Translations under genes and position numbers: made by a program | Notes under the pieces: model-generated | Databases searched by the model: none | What the model was told of the DNA's origin: nothing | What the model saw: the letters and a program-made list of their open reading frames with translations, nothing else | DNA from: Candidatus Aenigmatarchaeota archaeon | GTDB lineage: Archaea > EX4484-52 | Length of the DNA: 64,000 bases | Direction of reading: 5' to 3' | Assembly (NCBI GenBank): GCA_023137195.1 | Contig: JAGLPV010000001.1 | Location: 32,001 to 96,000 of the forward strand | Shown here: piece after piece, positions 9,470 through 19,521 of the stretch | Position numbering within the stretch: the first letter of the stretch is position 1 | Layout: every line of letters starts with the position of its first letter

Positions 9470-10288
9470 TTACCTAAATTCCAACGAAAAATCAAACGCC
9501 TTTGCAGAATGAGTAATCGCCCCCACGGAAATAAAATCCACACCAGTCTCAGCCAGTTTACTAATATTTTCCAGCGTAACCCCCCCCGACACCTCAGTTT
9601 TTATTTTCCTATCAATCAACTTCACTGCCTTTTTTATTTTATCCAAACTCATGTTATCAAGCATAATAATATCGCACCCAACTTCAAGCACTTCTTTTAC
9701 CTCTTCAAGAGTTTCCACTTCAATCTCTATTTTCTTCTTACCTTCATGTTTTTTAGCAAGCATCAACGCATTTGTCACACTCCCTGCAATATTGATGTGA
9801 TTATCCTTTATCAAAATCATATCATAAAGCCCCATCCTATGGTTCTGCCCGCCGCCGCATTTGACCGCATATTTGTCTAGCTCTCTCATACAGGGAAGCG
9901 TCTTTCTCGTATCGAGGAGTATGGCTTTATCACCACATTTTTTTACAAATTCAGCAGTATATGTAGCAACACCGCTTGTTCTTTGCAGAAAATTCAATGC
10001 AACCCTCTCTGCCGCCAGTATCGCTTTTGCGCTCCCGTGGATTTTTGCTATTTTTTGGTCTTTCACTACTACATCGCCTTCTTTAACTAATTCTTTAAAA
10101 TCAATATTTGAATCAAGTTTGTGGAATGTTTTTTTTGCAATGTCCAGACCACAGACAACCCCTTTTTGGCGGGAAACAATGACAGCTTCGGTAATCTCAT
10201 CATTCTTGTTTAATATTGCCTCTGTGGTAATGTCACCACTCCTGATATCCTCTTCAAGTGCGTATTCAATTAATTGATCTACATCCAT
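9470..10288 (-). CDS. nadC: Quinolinate phosphoribosyltransferase
   Basis: EDIRSGDITT, DTRKTLP, HRMGLYD..LIKDNH, IMLDNM; start moved to MDVDQ to avoid overlap with nadA. Confidence 0.95.
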   Translation of the reverse strand: MDVDQLIEYALEEDIRSGDITTEAILNKNDEITEAVIVSRQKGVVCGLDIAKKTFHKLDSNIDFKELVKEGDVVVKDQKIAKIHGSAKAILAAERVALNFLQRTSGVATYTAEFVKKCGDKAILLDTRKTLPCMRELDKYAVKCGGGQNHRMGLYDMILIKDNHINIAGSVTNALMLAKKHEGKKKIEIEVETLEEVKEVLEVGCDIIMLDNMSLDKIKKAVKLIDRKIKTEVSGGVTLENISKLAETGVDFISVGAITHSAKAFDFSLEFR

Positions 10289-10289
10289 A

Positions 10290-11213
10290 TTATTTGCTGA
10301 TTTCAAGCATTTTGTCCAGTGCTTTTTTTGCATTTTTCATTATTGTCTCATCAATAGAAATACTGTATTTTTCATTTTCCAGCGCGTCAAGGACTTTGGC
10401 AAGAGTAATTTTTTGCATGCCTTCGCAGACTCCGCCTGCATTGATATAAGTGTTGCCCGGGCATTCTAAAATCAGTCGATTCAGCATGTTTTGTTCTGTT
10501 GCGATTATGAATTCCTGGTCTTGGAATGTTTTGCAATAGTCCAGCATGCCTTTTGTGCTTGCAACTTCGTCGCATATGTCCAGTACATCCGGGGTGCATT
10601 CCGGGTGAGCGACAACCTTTGCGTTAGGGTGCTGTTTTTTTAAGTCATCAATACTTTTTTTAGAAATATGAGTATGGACTGAACAGAAATTATCCGCCAG
10701 TATGATTTTTTTGTCGGAATGTTTTTGCACGTATTTGCCGAGATTCTGGTCCGGCGCAAATATTATTTTTTCACATTCAATGGAATTTACGATGCCGATT
10801 GCATTTGCTGAGGTACAGCAGGCAGCCGAGATTGCTTTTAGTTCTGCGCTTGAATTGACATAAGTTACCAATGCTGCATCAGGATGCTTTTCTTTTAATT
10901 TACGAACCTCGTCAACATCTCCATTTTTAACAAGGGTGCATCCTGCACTAATATCCGGCAGAAGAACAGTCTTTTGCGGGCTGAGTATTTTGGCGGTTTC
11001 TGCCATGAACTTTACCCCGCAAAAAACAATCAGGTTTTTATCTGTTTTGGATGCAATTTTACTTAACTCGAAAGAATCTCCGATAGAATCAGCGATGCGG
11101 TAAATACCGTATTCTTGGTAATTGTGCGCCAGGATCAGGGCATCTTTTTCTTTCTTTAGGCGCAGTATTTTGGCAATTATTTTCTCGTCTTCCTTTGATA
11201 TTTTTGGCAACAT
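10290..11213 (-). CDS. nadA: Quinolinate synthase A
   Basis: ILAHNYQ, FCGVKFMAE, YVNS, HPEC, three Fe-S cysteines. Confidence 0.95.
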   Translation of the reverse strand: MLPKISKEDEKIIAKILRLKKEKDALILAHNYQEYGIYRIADSIGDSFELSKIASKTDKNLIVFCGVKFMAETAKILSPQKTVLLPDISAGCTLVKNGDVDEVRKLKEKHPDAALVTYVNSSAELKAISAACCTSANAIGIVNSIECEKIIFAPDQNLGKYVQKHSDKKIILADNFCSVHTHISKKSIDDLKKQHPNAKVVAHPECTPDVLDICDEVASTKGMLDYCKTFQDQEFIIATEQNMLNRLILECPGNTYINAGGVCEGMQKITLAKVLDALENEKYSISIDETIMKNAKKALDKMLEISK

Positions 11214-11226
11214 ACTAAATCGGGGT

Positions 11227-12171
11227 TTAAAAGTTAATAAATCTAACTATATATTCCCTGAAAAGGAGGAAAAATAGTATTGTAAAAAAGAATACCGGGG
11301 CATATCTCACCCCGTCTTTGACATAGACATATTTTTGCTTTTTTTGTATTTTCTTGATATCTTCGTTTGTTATGCCTTCATAGCGCGTCCCTTCAATATT
11401 TAGGATTTTTTTAATAAATTCAATAATTTTTTGAAACAATGATTTGGGTTTGCCTGTTTCTTCTTTTGGTTTTGTTTCTTTAATGACCTCTGCAATCACA
11501 TCTCCTTCAAGCAGGTCAGATGTTTTTATCTTTTTTTTATAGACTGATGAATCCGCGAATTTTGCGAATTTCAAAAGAACATAAAACATAGGTATGAGAA
11601 CCATAAATTCAAGAATCGCGTTTTTTAGCAAATACAATTTTATGTAATTAGTATAGCAGCACAGGATAACTCCTATAATAAGAACATAGCTTATTACACG
11701 AACCTGTGATTTTTCCTTTAGGAGATATTTACCAAATGCTTTTGTTTTTTTATTCTTCACCATGATGATTATGCTGAATGCGATGGAATATACGCCGCCT
11801 ATCGCAAATGAAGCAATAAGAAATATGCCTGCAAAAAGAAGAGCCTCGTTAAATGTGTTTGGAACAGAGAACAGATAAGGCAGTAAAACTCCAAGGGATG
11901 CAAGGATAAGTACATCTGCTTCTCCCCATTGGGAAAGCCAAAATAGGAGATAACCGATTACTAGAAAAAGACCACATGTTGTAAGAATCGACACAAATGG
12001 AAACGCATTTTTATTGAATAAAAAGTCAAAGGCATACAAAATAATGCCTGCAATAGAAATCAGGATAGGAACTTCATCAGGGATTTCACTTGTTTTCAAG
12101 TCGAAGTATCCTCCTGCCGCGCTCCCAATTAATGCAACAGTGGCAAAAAGGAATAATAGGGAAAAAGACAT
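11227..12171 (-). CDS. A24 prepilin/prearchaellin peptidase
   Basis: FDLKTSEIPD and WGEAD aspartates in a polytopic membrane protein; LLEGDV, EGIT, VRYAP C-terminal motifs. Confidence 0.8.
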   Translation of the reverse strand: MSFSLLFLFATVALIGSAAGGYFDLKTSEIPDEVPILISIAGIILYAFDFLFNKNAFPFVSILTTCGLFLVIGYLLFWLSQWGEADVLILASLGVLLPYLFSVPNTFNEALLFAGIFLIASFAIGGVYSIAFSIIIMVKNKKTKAFGKYLLKEKSQVRVISYVLIIGVILCCYTNYIKLYLLKNAILEFMVLIPMFYVLLKFAKFADSSVYKKKIKTSDLLEGDVIAEVIKETKPKEETGKPKSLFQKIIEFIKKILNIEGTRYEGITNEDIKKIQKKQKYVYVKDGVRYAPVFFFTILFFLLFREYIVRFINF

Positions 12172-12196
12172 ATTTTATCAACAAAGCAAAAATATG

Positions 12197-13267
12197 TTAT
12201 TCCTCGCTATTTTCGTCTGCGTACACATTTTCCTTTGGTTCTTCCTCTACAGACATATTTTGATTTAGCTGACTTGATTTGAATTTTGAAATTATTTTCT
12301 TTCTTCTTCTCTTTTTTGGAAAGCCGGGGATTTCTTCTTCATTTGCATCTTCTTCAGTTGATATTTTTTCTATCTGGTCCTCGATTCCAAGGGATTTTAT
12401 GAGGTCTTTATACCTGTTTCTTATTGTGACTTCTGTGACTCCTACAATATCGGCGATATCTCTTTGAGTTTGTTTCCTGCCTTCCAGAACTGCTGCAATA
12501 TATATTGCTGCTGCGGCAACGCCAGTTGGACCTTTTCCTGAAATTATTTTTGAATCTTTTGTTTTTTCAACAATGTCCTTTGCTCTTGCTTCTACTTTCC
12601 CGTCAAGACCCAATAGTGATACAAACCTGGGGATGTATTGTTTTGATGTAGCAGGAAGAATTTTCAGGCTAAGTTGTCTTGAAATATACCTATATGCCCT
12701 TCCGATCTCTCTTTTTTCAATACCGGATGCTGCCGAGAGTTCTGAAATTGTTCTTGGAACACCGTAGCTTCTTGCGACGGCATATATTAAAGCAGTAATT
12801 ATGGATTCTATTGATCTTCCTCTTACAACGCCTTTTTTTACTGCTTTTTCATATAGACGTGCAACTTCTTCATGTATTGCCTTTGGGAGCATTAGGTAAG
12901 AGACCTGTCTTTCCAGTTCAGCGAGAGAATAGTTAAGGTTTCTTTCCTTTGAATTCATTATTCTCTTGTTCCATTTTCTTAACCTGTAGTACTGGTTTCT
13001 TTTTTTGGATGTTAATTTATACATCTCTGCATTTCCTTTACCGATTTCAGTTGAGATTCCCTTGTTGTGCTTTGTAAATGTTATTGGAGCCCCAGTTCTT
13101 GTTCTGGAGGTTTGTTGTTCAGAACTGAAAGAGCGCCATTCTGCCTGGGTGTCAATTTCATTTTCTTCTATTATAGCACCGCATTTGGTGCAATATATTA
13201 TTCCGCGTGAGCCGTCTGTCTTTAATTCATCATTTCCGCAATATTTGCATTTTTTTTTCTCAATCAT
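12197..13267 (-). CDS. tfb: Transcription initiation factor IIB
   Basis: Zn ribbon CKYC..CTKC, EWRSF, cyclin repeats, GVTEVTIRNRYK. Confidence 0.95.
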   Translation of the reverse strand: MIEKKKCKYCGNDELKTDGSRGIIYCTKCGAIIEENEIDTQAEWRSFSSEQQTSRTRTGAPITFTKHNKGISTEIGKGNAEMYKLTSKKRNQYYRLRKWNKRIMNSKERNLNYSLAELERQVSYLMLPKAIHEEVARLYEKAVKKGVVRGRSIESIITALIYAVARSYGVPRTISELSAASGIEKREIGRAYRYISRQLSLKILPATSKQYIPRFVSLLGLDGKVEARAKDIVEKTKDSKIISGKGPTGVAAAAIYIAAVLEGRKQTQRDIADIVGVTEVTIRNRYKDLIKSLGIEDQIEKISTEEDANEEEIPGFPKKRRRKKIISKFKSSQLNQNMSVEEEPKENVYADENSEE

Positions 13268-13377
13268 AATTTTACCTGCTAAAAACCATAGTTTTTTAAA
13301 TATTTACTAATAATGATGGTAAAGCTTATAAAGATTTTGTTTTTTCGAACTCCTTTTATTAAATGAGTTAGGTAGCA

Positions 13378-15537
13378 TTATGTGGTTGAAAGACCGCCAA
13401 CAATACCTTCTATCAATGGATTAAACATGGCACCCAGTATGATGTAGACCAATACATACATTCCTAATCCTATAAGCAAAAAATGCCAGCATAATACATT
13501 TTCTTTTATCTCATCTTCGCCGGTATCTATTCTTACAGTAAATTTTGCCATTAAAATCAATGTTTCAATAATATAGATGCCGACAATCAATTGCAGGAGT
13601 TCCGGGGGCACTGCATTTGGTGAGATGATGTTCATCATTCCAAAATTTCCACCGACTCCCATTTCAGAAACAGCTGTTGCTTCTCCTATTTTTTCAAGTT
13701 GTTTTGTCAGGATAAATACAATTGTCATCATCAGTTTTGAGACAGCGACAACTACTCCAGAGATTAAGGGAATAAGGATGTAGCTTTGGAATTTTAGGGA
13801 AGATATTGTCGGTGCCATTAATTCATCAATTGTTGATTGCGTATTTTTTAGGGAGTGCAAATAGCTGGCTATAGTAAGGGTCGTAAGAGAGGCGGATTTT
13901 GTTCCTTTTTTTATTGCAGAAGAGATTGCCTGCATAATGGTTTTTATCAATTTTGATGGATAATACCGCAATGCGCCTCTTTCCTTGTCAAAAAGAGCTT
14001 TGCTAAATGGCATAGACATTTGATTTATATTCTGCAGTATTTTTAAGAAAAGGCTCGTTATGCTTAATTGCTGTGTGTCTCTTTGGGCTTCGGCAATTGC
14101 TGATTCGATAGGCGTTCCGCCACTCATCCGGTTTCCAAGAGCAAAAAGGGCATCTTCAAATTCATTTTCAATGAAATCTATTTCTTCGGTTAAATGGATT
14201 TTCTGGAAACTTGACAGATAAAAGTACAGTATTGTTGAAAAACCCACAGCAATGATTATTGAAAGGGACATTATTGTTGAAAAAAAATTAGTTTCCAGTT
14301 GTTCACCAGTTATAGGATTAGTATAGAAAAAATTACTTTGCAGCATAAATAAAACGCCTGGAAGTGCTAATACAACCAAGACAAAAAGTGCAATGGGTAA
14401 TACGGGAAGTTCCATTTTTTTATTTCCCAAACCAACAACAATGTTTTTTTCAGAGGTGTAATCAGGGTGTTCTGTTATGTCTACTTTTGAATGAGTGACG
14501 GGTCTTCCTTCCATGATATTTTTCATAAAAATAAAGACAAAGAAGGGGAGAATTATATCATAACCTATGAACATATAAAAAACCAGATTACCGATAGCAT
14601 CTCCCATAAAAATAGCCATGAGTGGAAACATTAGCATTGCAAGAACGGGGAGTAAAATACCCAGCCCGTGCAGAACTGCGATAGGCATGCTTAGGTTTCT
14701 TACATATTTTTTCATTTTTTCCTGCGACCCTTCAAGTATGATAGATACGGATTTATCCAGTAGTGTTTCTCTCCTGTATGGATTAGACTCCAGCATAGAT
14801 TCACGGATAAGATGTATTGATTCAATGAAATCCCTGTTGTAGTTGTGCCATTGATTGAGATAATCATCCAGTGCATCATACATGTTGCTGAATTTTCCGA
14901 TTTCAACTTTCCACATCAATAATTTAAAATCTTTTGATATTTTTCCGCTCATGTTCTTGGCAGTGAACCGGATGGCACCTTCAAGATTAGGCGTTGTTTT
15001 CATATAGATTATCAGGTATAGTATTGCCATTACGAGGTCTCCTCCAACCTTCATACGCAGCATGTTTGCTTTTTTTTGTATGTATGTAGAAAAAGAATAG
15101 TATATGACAAGGGGCAGAAAAATAAATGCAATCATAAGGATTTTTGGTATTGGCAATCCTGCTGTGGCAAGAGAGAAAGGGAGTATTGCAAGAGGCAGTG
15201 AAAGAAGAGCCGCAAGATAGGTCATACTAAATGTTTCTTCTATTGTCACTTTATAGTCCAGAAAATTTATTGCCTGTCTTAGGTCATTGTATTCGTCTTC
15301 TTTTGGAGGTGCTATATTAAATACTTTTTGCGCGAATTTTGCTCCCTGTTCATACCAATTTAATTTTTTTTGCGCTTCATCTTCACTACGGTATTGTTCA
15401 AATTCTTTTGAAACACCTATTTCTTCATCATATTTAGTATCTGGTGTTTCGTCAGCATAACCGTATTTTTTGAGTATCTTATTCAATGCCTTTTTATCTA
15501 TTTTTCCCTTTTTCCCTTTTTCGTTTGTTTGGCTCAT
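13378..15537 (-). CDS. Type IV pilus/T2SS F-family (TadC-like) membrane platform protein
   Basis: Polytopic with two T2SSF-like halves (MKTTPNLEGAI; GNRMSGGTPIE); start moved to MSQTNEK to avoid overlap with endoQ. Confidence 0.7.
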   Translation of the reverse strand: MSQTNEKGKKGKIDKKALNKILKKYGYADETPDTKYDEEIGVSKEFEQYRSEDEAQKKLNWYEQGAKFAQKVFNIAPPKEDEYNDLRQAINFLDYKVTIEETFSMTYLAALLSLPLAILPFSLATAGLPIPKILMIAFIFLPLVIYYSFSTYIQKKANMLRMKVGGDLVMAILYLIIYMKTTPNLEGAIRFTAKNMSGKISKDFKLLMWKVEIGKFSNMYDALDDYLNQWHNYNRDFIESIHLIRESMLESNPYRRETLLDKSVSIILEGSQEKMKKYVRNLSMPIAVLHGLGILLPVLAMLMFPLMAIFMGDAIGNLVFYMFIGYDIILPFFVFIFMKNIMEGRPVTHSKVDITEHPDYTSEKNIVVGLGNKKMELPVLPIALFVLVVLALPGVLFMLQSNFFYTNPITGEQLETNFFSTIMSLSIIIAVGFSTILYFYLSSFQKIHLTEEIDFIENEFEDALFALGNRMSGGTPIESAIAEAQRDTQQLSITSLFLKILQNINQMSMPFSKALFDKERGALRYYPSKLIKTIMQAISSAIKKGTKSASLTTLTIASYLHSLKNTQSTIDELMAPTISSLKFQSYILIPLISGVVVAVSKLMMTIVFILTKQLEKIGEATAVSEMGVGGNFGMMNIISPNAVPPELLQLIVGIYIIETLILMAKFTVRIDTGEDEIKENVLCWHFLLIGLGMYVLVYIILGAMFNPLIEGIVGGLSTT

Positions 15538-15588
15538 TAATACTATTTTATTGACAAAATATATAAAGAATACTGTGTTTATCATTAA

Positions 15589-16860
15589 ATGAAATATTTT
15601 TGTGACCTCCATATACATTCGAGATATTCGCGCGGTACAAGCAAAAACATTACGATTGAAAACCTTGCTAAATATGCCAAAATAAAGGGATTGAATATTA
15701 TTGGGACTGGTGATTTTACGCATCATGAGTGGTTTGCTGAATTGAAAGAGAAACTTCAGGAAAAGAACAATAAGGGAATATATTATTTTAAGAAAGATAC
15801 ATCCCAGAGTAGTCTTCTTCAATATTCTGATTTGTCGGGTGGGCAGGAAGAGGAGAAGGAAGTTGGGTTTGTTTTCCAGACAGAGATTTCTTTAATGTAT
15901 TCTGATGAGGAAAAATCGAGAAAAGTTCACATAGTATTGTTGTCGCCGAATATTGAAGTGACAGAGCAGATAAACAAATACCTTGCATCAAAGGGAAGGA
16001 TGGATTATGATGGCAGACCGATATTCGGGCATCTTCCATGCCATCAGCTGACTGCTGATTTAAAAAAAATATCCGATGATATCGAGATTATTCCTGCGCA
16101 TGTGTGGACCCCGTGGTTTGGCTTGTTTGGTTCCAAGTCTGGTTTTGACAGGATAGAGGATGCTTTTTTGGATCAGACAAAACATATTTACGGGCTTGAG
16201 ACAGGACTTTCAAGCGACCCAAAAATGAATTACCATCTGAGTTGTCTTGATAGGTTTGTTATGATAAGCAGCAGTGATGCGCATTCTTATTATCCGTGGC
16301 GATTGGGCAGGGAGGCGACGATATTTGATTTTGAGAAAGAAATATCTTATGATGATTTGATTGGTGCAATAAGGCAAAAAAATAAAGGGTATTCTGGTAC
16401 CATTGAAGTTGATCCGCGTTATGGAAAATATTACTTTGACGGGCACAGGGACTGTAACATTAGTATATCTCCTACAGAGGCAATAGAAAAGTATCACAAC
16501 ATCTGTCCTGTCTGTAAAAAGCCGTTGACAATAGGTGTTTTTCATCGTGTAATGGAACTTGCAGACAGGAAGGAAGAATATGTCGCCGCGGACAAGCCAT
16601 CTTATTATACTTTGCTTCCTCTTTTTGAAATAATTTCTGCTGTGAAGAATATCTCGACACTACAGTCTAAGACGATATGGGGTATTTATAACAGGATGAT
16701 AAAACAGTTCGGGAATGAATATAATATTTTGATTAATGTTCCGGAAGAGGAGTTGTCTAAGATTGTGGATGAAAAAATAGCAAAAGAGATAGTAAATATA
16801 AGAAATAAGCAATACCTCATTGAAGAAGGAAGCGATGGGGTTTACGGTAAATTAAAATAG
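15589..16860 (+). CDS. Endonuclease Q family (PHP domain)
   Basis: DLHIHSRYS, GTGDFTH, PAHVWTPW, ETGLSSD, SDAH, GKYY.DGHR.C, CPVC. Confidence 0.9.
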   Translation: MKYFCDLHIHSRYSRGTSKNITIENLAKYAKIKGLNIIGTGDFTHHEWFAELKEKLQEKNNKGIYYFKKDTSQSSLLQYSDLSGGQEEEKEVGFVFQTEISLMYSDEEKSRKVHIVLLSPNIEVTEQINKYLASKGRMDYDGRPIFGHLPCHQLTADLKKISDDIEIIPAHVWTPWFGLFGSKSGFDRIEDAFLDQTKHIYGLETGLSSDPKMNYHLSCLDRFVMISSSDAHSYYPWRLGREATIFDFEKEISYDDLIGAIRQKNKGYSGTIEVDPRYGKYYFDGHRDCNISISPTEAIEKYHNICPVCKKPLTIGVFHRVMELADRKEEYVAADKPSYYTLLPLFEIISAVKNISTLQSKTIWGIYNRMIKQFGNEYNILINVPEEELSKIVDEKIAKEIVNIRNKQYLIEEGSDGVYGKLK

Positions 16861-16867
16861 GTTTAAG

Positions 16868-16941
16868 GGCGAGAGCCGGGACTCGAACCCGGGACAGAGG
16901 AGCCACAATCCTCTAGGCTAACCAACTACCCTACTCCCGTC
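16868..16941 (-). tRNA. tRNA-His(GTG) with genomically encoded G-1
   Basis: Cloverleaf: anticodon arm GAGGA-TTGTGGC-TCCTC, T arm CCGGG-TTCGAGT-CCCGG; no encoded CCA. Confidence 0.93.
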
Positions 16942-16990
16942 ATTTTTTGGATTAAAGATATATATTTAAATATTAAAATTTAAAAAGGGT

Positions 16991-18121
16991 ATGGACTTGT
17001 TGAACATATTGCTGCATTTTAACCGGGAGACTATTCTTGAATGGTTGCCCGCGGTGATTTGGACACTATCAACAATAATAATATACAAGATATATTCTTT
17101 CTACGGCAAAGAGATTAGGGACCATATAATAAAATTCGCAGTCTACAAGTTGAAGATAAAGCGCGCAAAAAAGACCATATGCGAATTGCACAGGTATACT
17201 GCTATCCTAGTATTGCTTCTGGGAGGGTTGTATGTTATTGATATAGCTCCATTTACTGTTGAAAAGGCAACAGCGTTATCTAATGTATTCAAGACCCTTC
17301 TTATACTTGTCCTGGCAAACCACACAATAATTCTTCTAAAGCAATTTTTGACCCCACTGTTATTGAATCTAGAACAGGACAGGGAAATAGAAGAGATGTC
17401 CAAGGATTATGCAGAAATTATAAAAAAAACAATATTTGTTTTTGTTTTTTTCTCTGCTCTTCTTGCAATAATGCAGTTGTGGAGTATTGATATAACCTGG
17501 CTTGTTACCTCTACCGCAGTCATAGGTCTTGTCCTGGGTCTTGCTGCGCAGAGTACCCTGTCTAATTTAATCGGGGGGTTTGCGATATGCGCGGATAAGG
17601 CATACCAGGAAGGGGATTTATTGAAATTGGAAGACAATACAATAGCGACAGTAAAAAAAATAGGAATAAAATCAACATGGCTTGAGACATATTCTGCTTC
17701 AACCATTATCATCCCTAATTCAGTGATGTCCAATACAAGAATTGAAAATTTAAGTCTTCCATACAACAAAAATCTTGCAAGGATAAAAGTGAATGTATCT
17801 TATGACAGTGATGTAGCACAGGTAAAGCGCGTTTTAATAGATATTGCAAAGAATACAAAAAAAGTGCTGAAACATCCAAGACCATTTGTTTACCTGCTTG
17901 AACTTGGAGATTATGCTCTTAATTTTATATTGGTTTGTCCTATACCAAATATGAAACACAGGCTGGAAATAATTGAAAAGATACATTGCACCATAATAAA
18001 AAGGTTCCGCGAGGAGAATATAAAAATTCCATTCCCTACTCAAATCAGCCATGTTGAGTTTACACAGGGCAAGTACAGTGAATTGAAAGAGGAAGTGTGC
18101 AGAAATGAGATAAAAAGATAA
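16991..18121 (+). CDS. mscS: Small-conductance mechanosensitive channel
   Basis: GLAAQSTLSNLIGG, GD, IIIPNS, VSYDSD, IKIPFP. Confidence 0.9.
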   Translation: MDLLNILLHFNRETILEWLPAVIWTLSTIIIYKIYSFYGKEIRDHIIKFAVYKLKIKRAKKTICELHRYTAILVLLLGGLYVIDIAPFTVEKATALSNVFKTLLILVLANHTIILLKQFLTPLLLNLEQDREIEEMSKDYAEIIKKTIFVFVFFSALLAIMQLWSIDITWLVTSTAVIGLVLGLAAQSTLSNLIGGFAICADKAYQEGDLLKLEDNTIATVKKIGIKSTWLETYSASTIIIPNSVMSNTRIENLSLPYNKNLARIKVNVSYDSDVAQVKRVLIDIAKNTKKVLKHPRPFVYLLELGDYALNFILVCPIPNMKHRLEIIEKIHCTIIKRFREENIKIPFPTQISHVEFTQGKYSELKEEVCRNEIKR

Positions 18122-18158
18122 GAAATATAGTTTTTAAGCTTTTGTTGAGTTTAGGATT

Positions 18159-19520
18159 ATGTACATTAATAACATAAAAAAGACAGGAAAAATGAGAGTT
18201 CCTGCTGTTGCTTATGCTTCAGATAAGCTATTTTCTTTAATGGAGCAGGATAAAACACTCGAACAGCTCAAAAATATAGCCACCATGCCCGGAATAGTGA
18301 AGCATGCTCTTGCAATGCCTGATGCTCATCAAGGATATGGTTTTCCTATTGGTGGTGTTGCGGCATTTGATTTGGAGGAAGGGGTTGTAAGTCCCGGCGG
18401 TGTTGGATTCGATATTAGTTGCGGTGTGGAATACATAAAGACAGATATTCCAATAAATGAGTTGGAAAAAAACAGGCAGCAGTTGTTGGATTCTCTTGCG
18501 AAGCATGTTCCTGCTGGTTTGGGCAGTTCGTGCGATGTTTTGGAAAAAGATGCGTTGGAAGAAGTATTGTTCCAAGGCGCAAAATACAGCGTTAGACAGG
18601 GTTTTTTGAAGAAGAAGGAATTAAAATATTTTGATGATGATGGATGTATTGATATAGATGAAGACCATGTAAGCGACAGGGCAAAAAAGAGAGGTAAGAA
18701 CCAGCTTGGTTCTCTGGGTTCGGGAAATCATTTTTGTGAGGTGCAGTATGTTGATAAGATATTCGACCAAAAGACTGCTGATTTGTCCGGGTTGTCTGAA
18801 GGGAAGGTTGGTATAATGATTCATTGCGGATCCCGTGGTCTTGGTCACCAAGTTGCAACAGATTATATCAAAAAAATGGAAAATGAGATAAAATACGATG
18901 ATTTGGTTGATAGGGAATTGGTCTGGGCGCCACTAGAAAGCCAGACAGGACAGGAATATTTATGCGCGATGCACCAGGCAGTCAATTATGCTTATGCAAA
19001 CCGGAGTTTTATGTATCATCATATTAAAGAAGCATTTGAAGAGGTTTTTGATAATTCTGCAGATGCTCTTGGAATAGGGCTTGTAAGGGATATATCTCAT
19101 AATATTGCAAGAATTGAAAAGCACAAGATAGATGACAGAGTAGAAAAAGTATGTGTTCACAGGAAAGGGGCTACTTTTTTAAGGGATACTCTTCCTGCCA
19201 TAATTCCGGGGTCCATGGGGACGGCAAGTTACCTGCTTTCAAAAGGAAAAAACGCGGAAGAACTGTCTTTTTCTTCTACCGCCCATGGAGCAGGAAGGGT
19301 TATGAGCAGGACAAAGGCAAAGAAAACATTAAACCAGGAGAAAATAACAGAGGAATTGAACAAAAAAAACATTTCTGTGCATTGTGAGTCGAGATTTGGG
19401 TTTGTCGAGGAAGCCCCGGAGGTTTACAAGGATATTGAAGAGGTAATTAAAGTGTCATGCGGGCTTGGGCTTACAGGGAAAGTTGCAAGACTAAAGCCTG
19501 TTTTGTGTTTGAAAGGGTAA
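18159..19520 (+). CDS. rtcB: RNA-splicing ligase RtcB
   Basis: PDAHQGYGFPIGG, GFDISCG, GSGNHF, HCGSRG, HRKGAT, PGSMG, HGAGR. Confidence 0.95.
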   Translation: MYINNIKKTGKMRVPAVAYASDKLFSLMEQDKTLEQLKNIATMPGIVKHALAMPDAHQGYGFPIGGVAAFDLEEGVVSPGGVGFDISCGVEYIKTDIPINELEKNRQQLLDSLAKHVPAGLGSSCDVLEKDALEEVLFQGAKYSVRQGFLKKKELKYFDDDGCIDIDEDHVSDRAKKRGKNQLGSLGSGNHFCEVQYVDKIFDQKTADLSGLSEGKVGIMIHCGSRGLGHQVATDYIKKMENEIKYDDLVDRELVWAPLESQTGQEYLCAMHQAVNYAYANRSFMYHHIKEAFEEVFDNSADALGIGLVRDISHNIARIEKHKIDDRVEKVCVHRKGATFLRDTLPAIIPGSMGTASYLLSKGKNAEELSFSSTAHGAGRVMSRTKAKKTLNQEKITEELNKKNISVHCESRFGFVEEAPEVYKDIEEVIKVSCGLGLTGKVARLKPVLCLKG

Positions 19521-19521
19521 A

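Noticed and set aside
15538-15822. Long N-terminal extension of the TadC-like ORF (also the extended starts of nadC, cdc48 and P0)
   Set aside because: They overlap neighbouring genes; downstream ATGs give normal N-termini.
16868-16941. tRNA-His as an integration site
   Set aside because: No integrase or duplicated tRNA 3' end was seen, and the flanks are ordinary genes.
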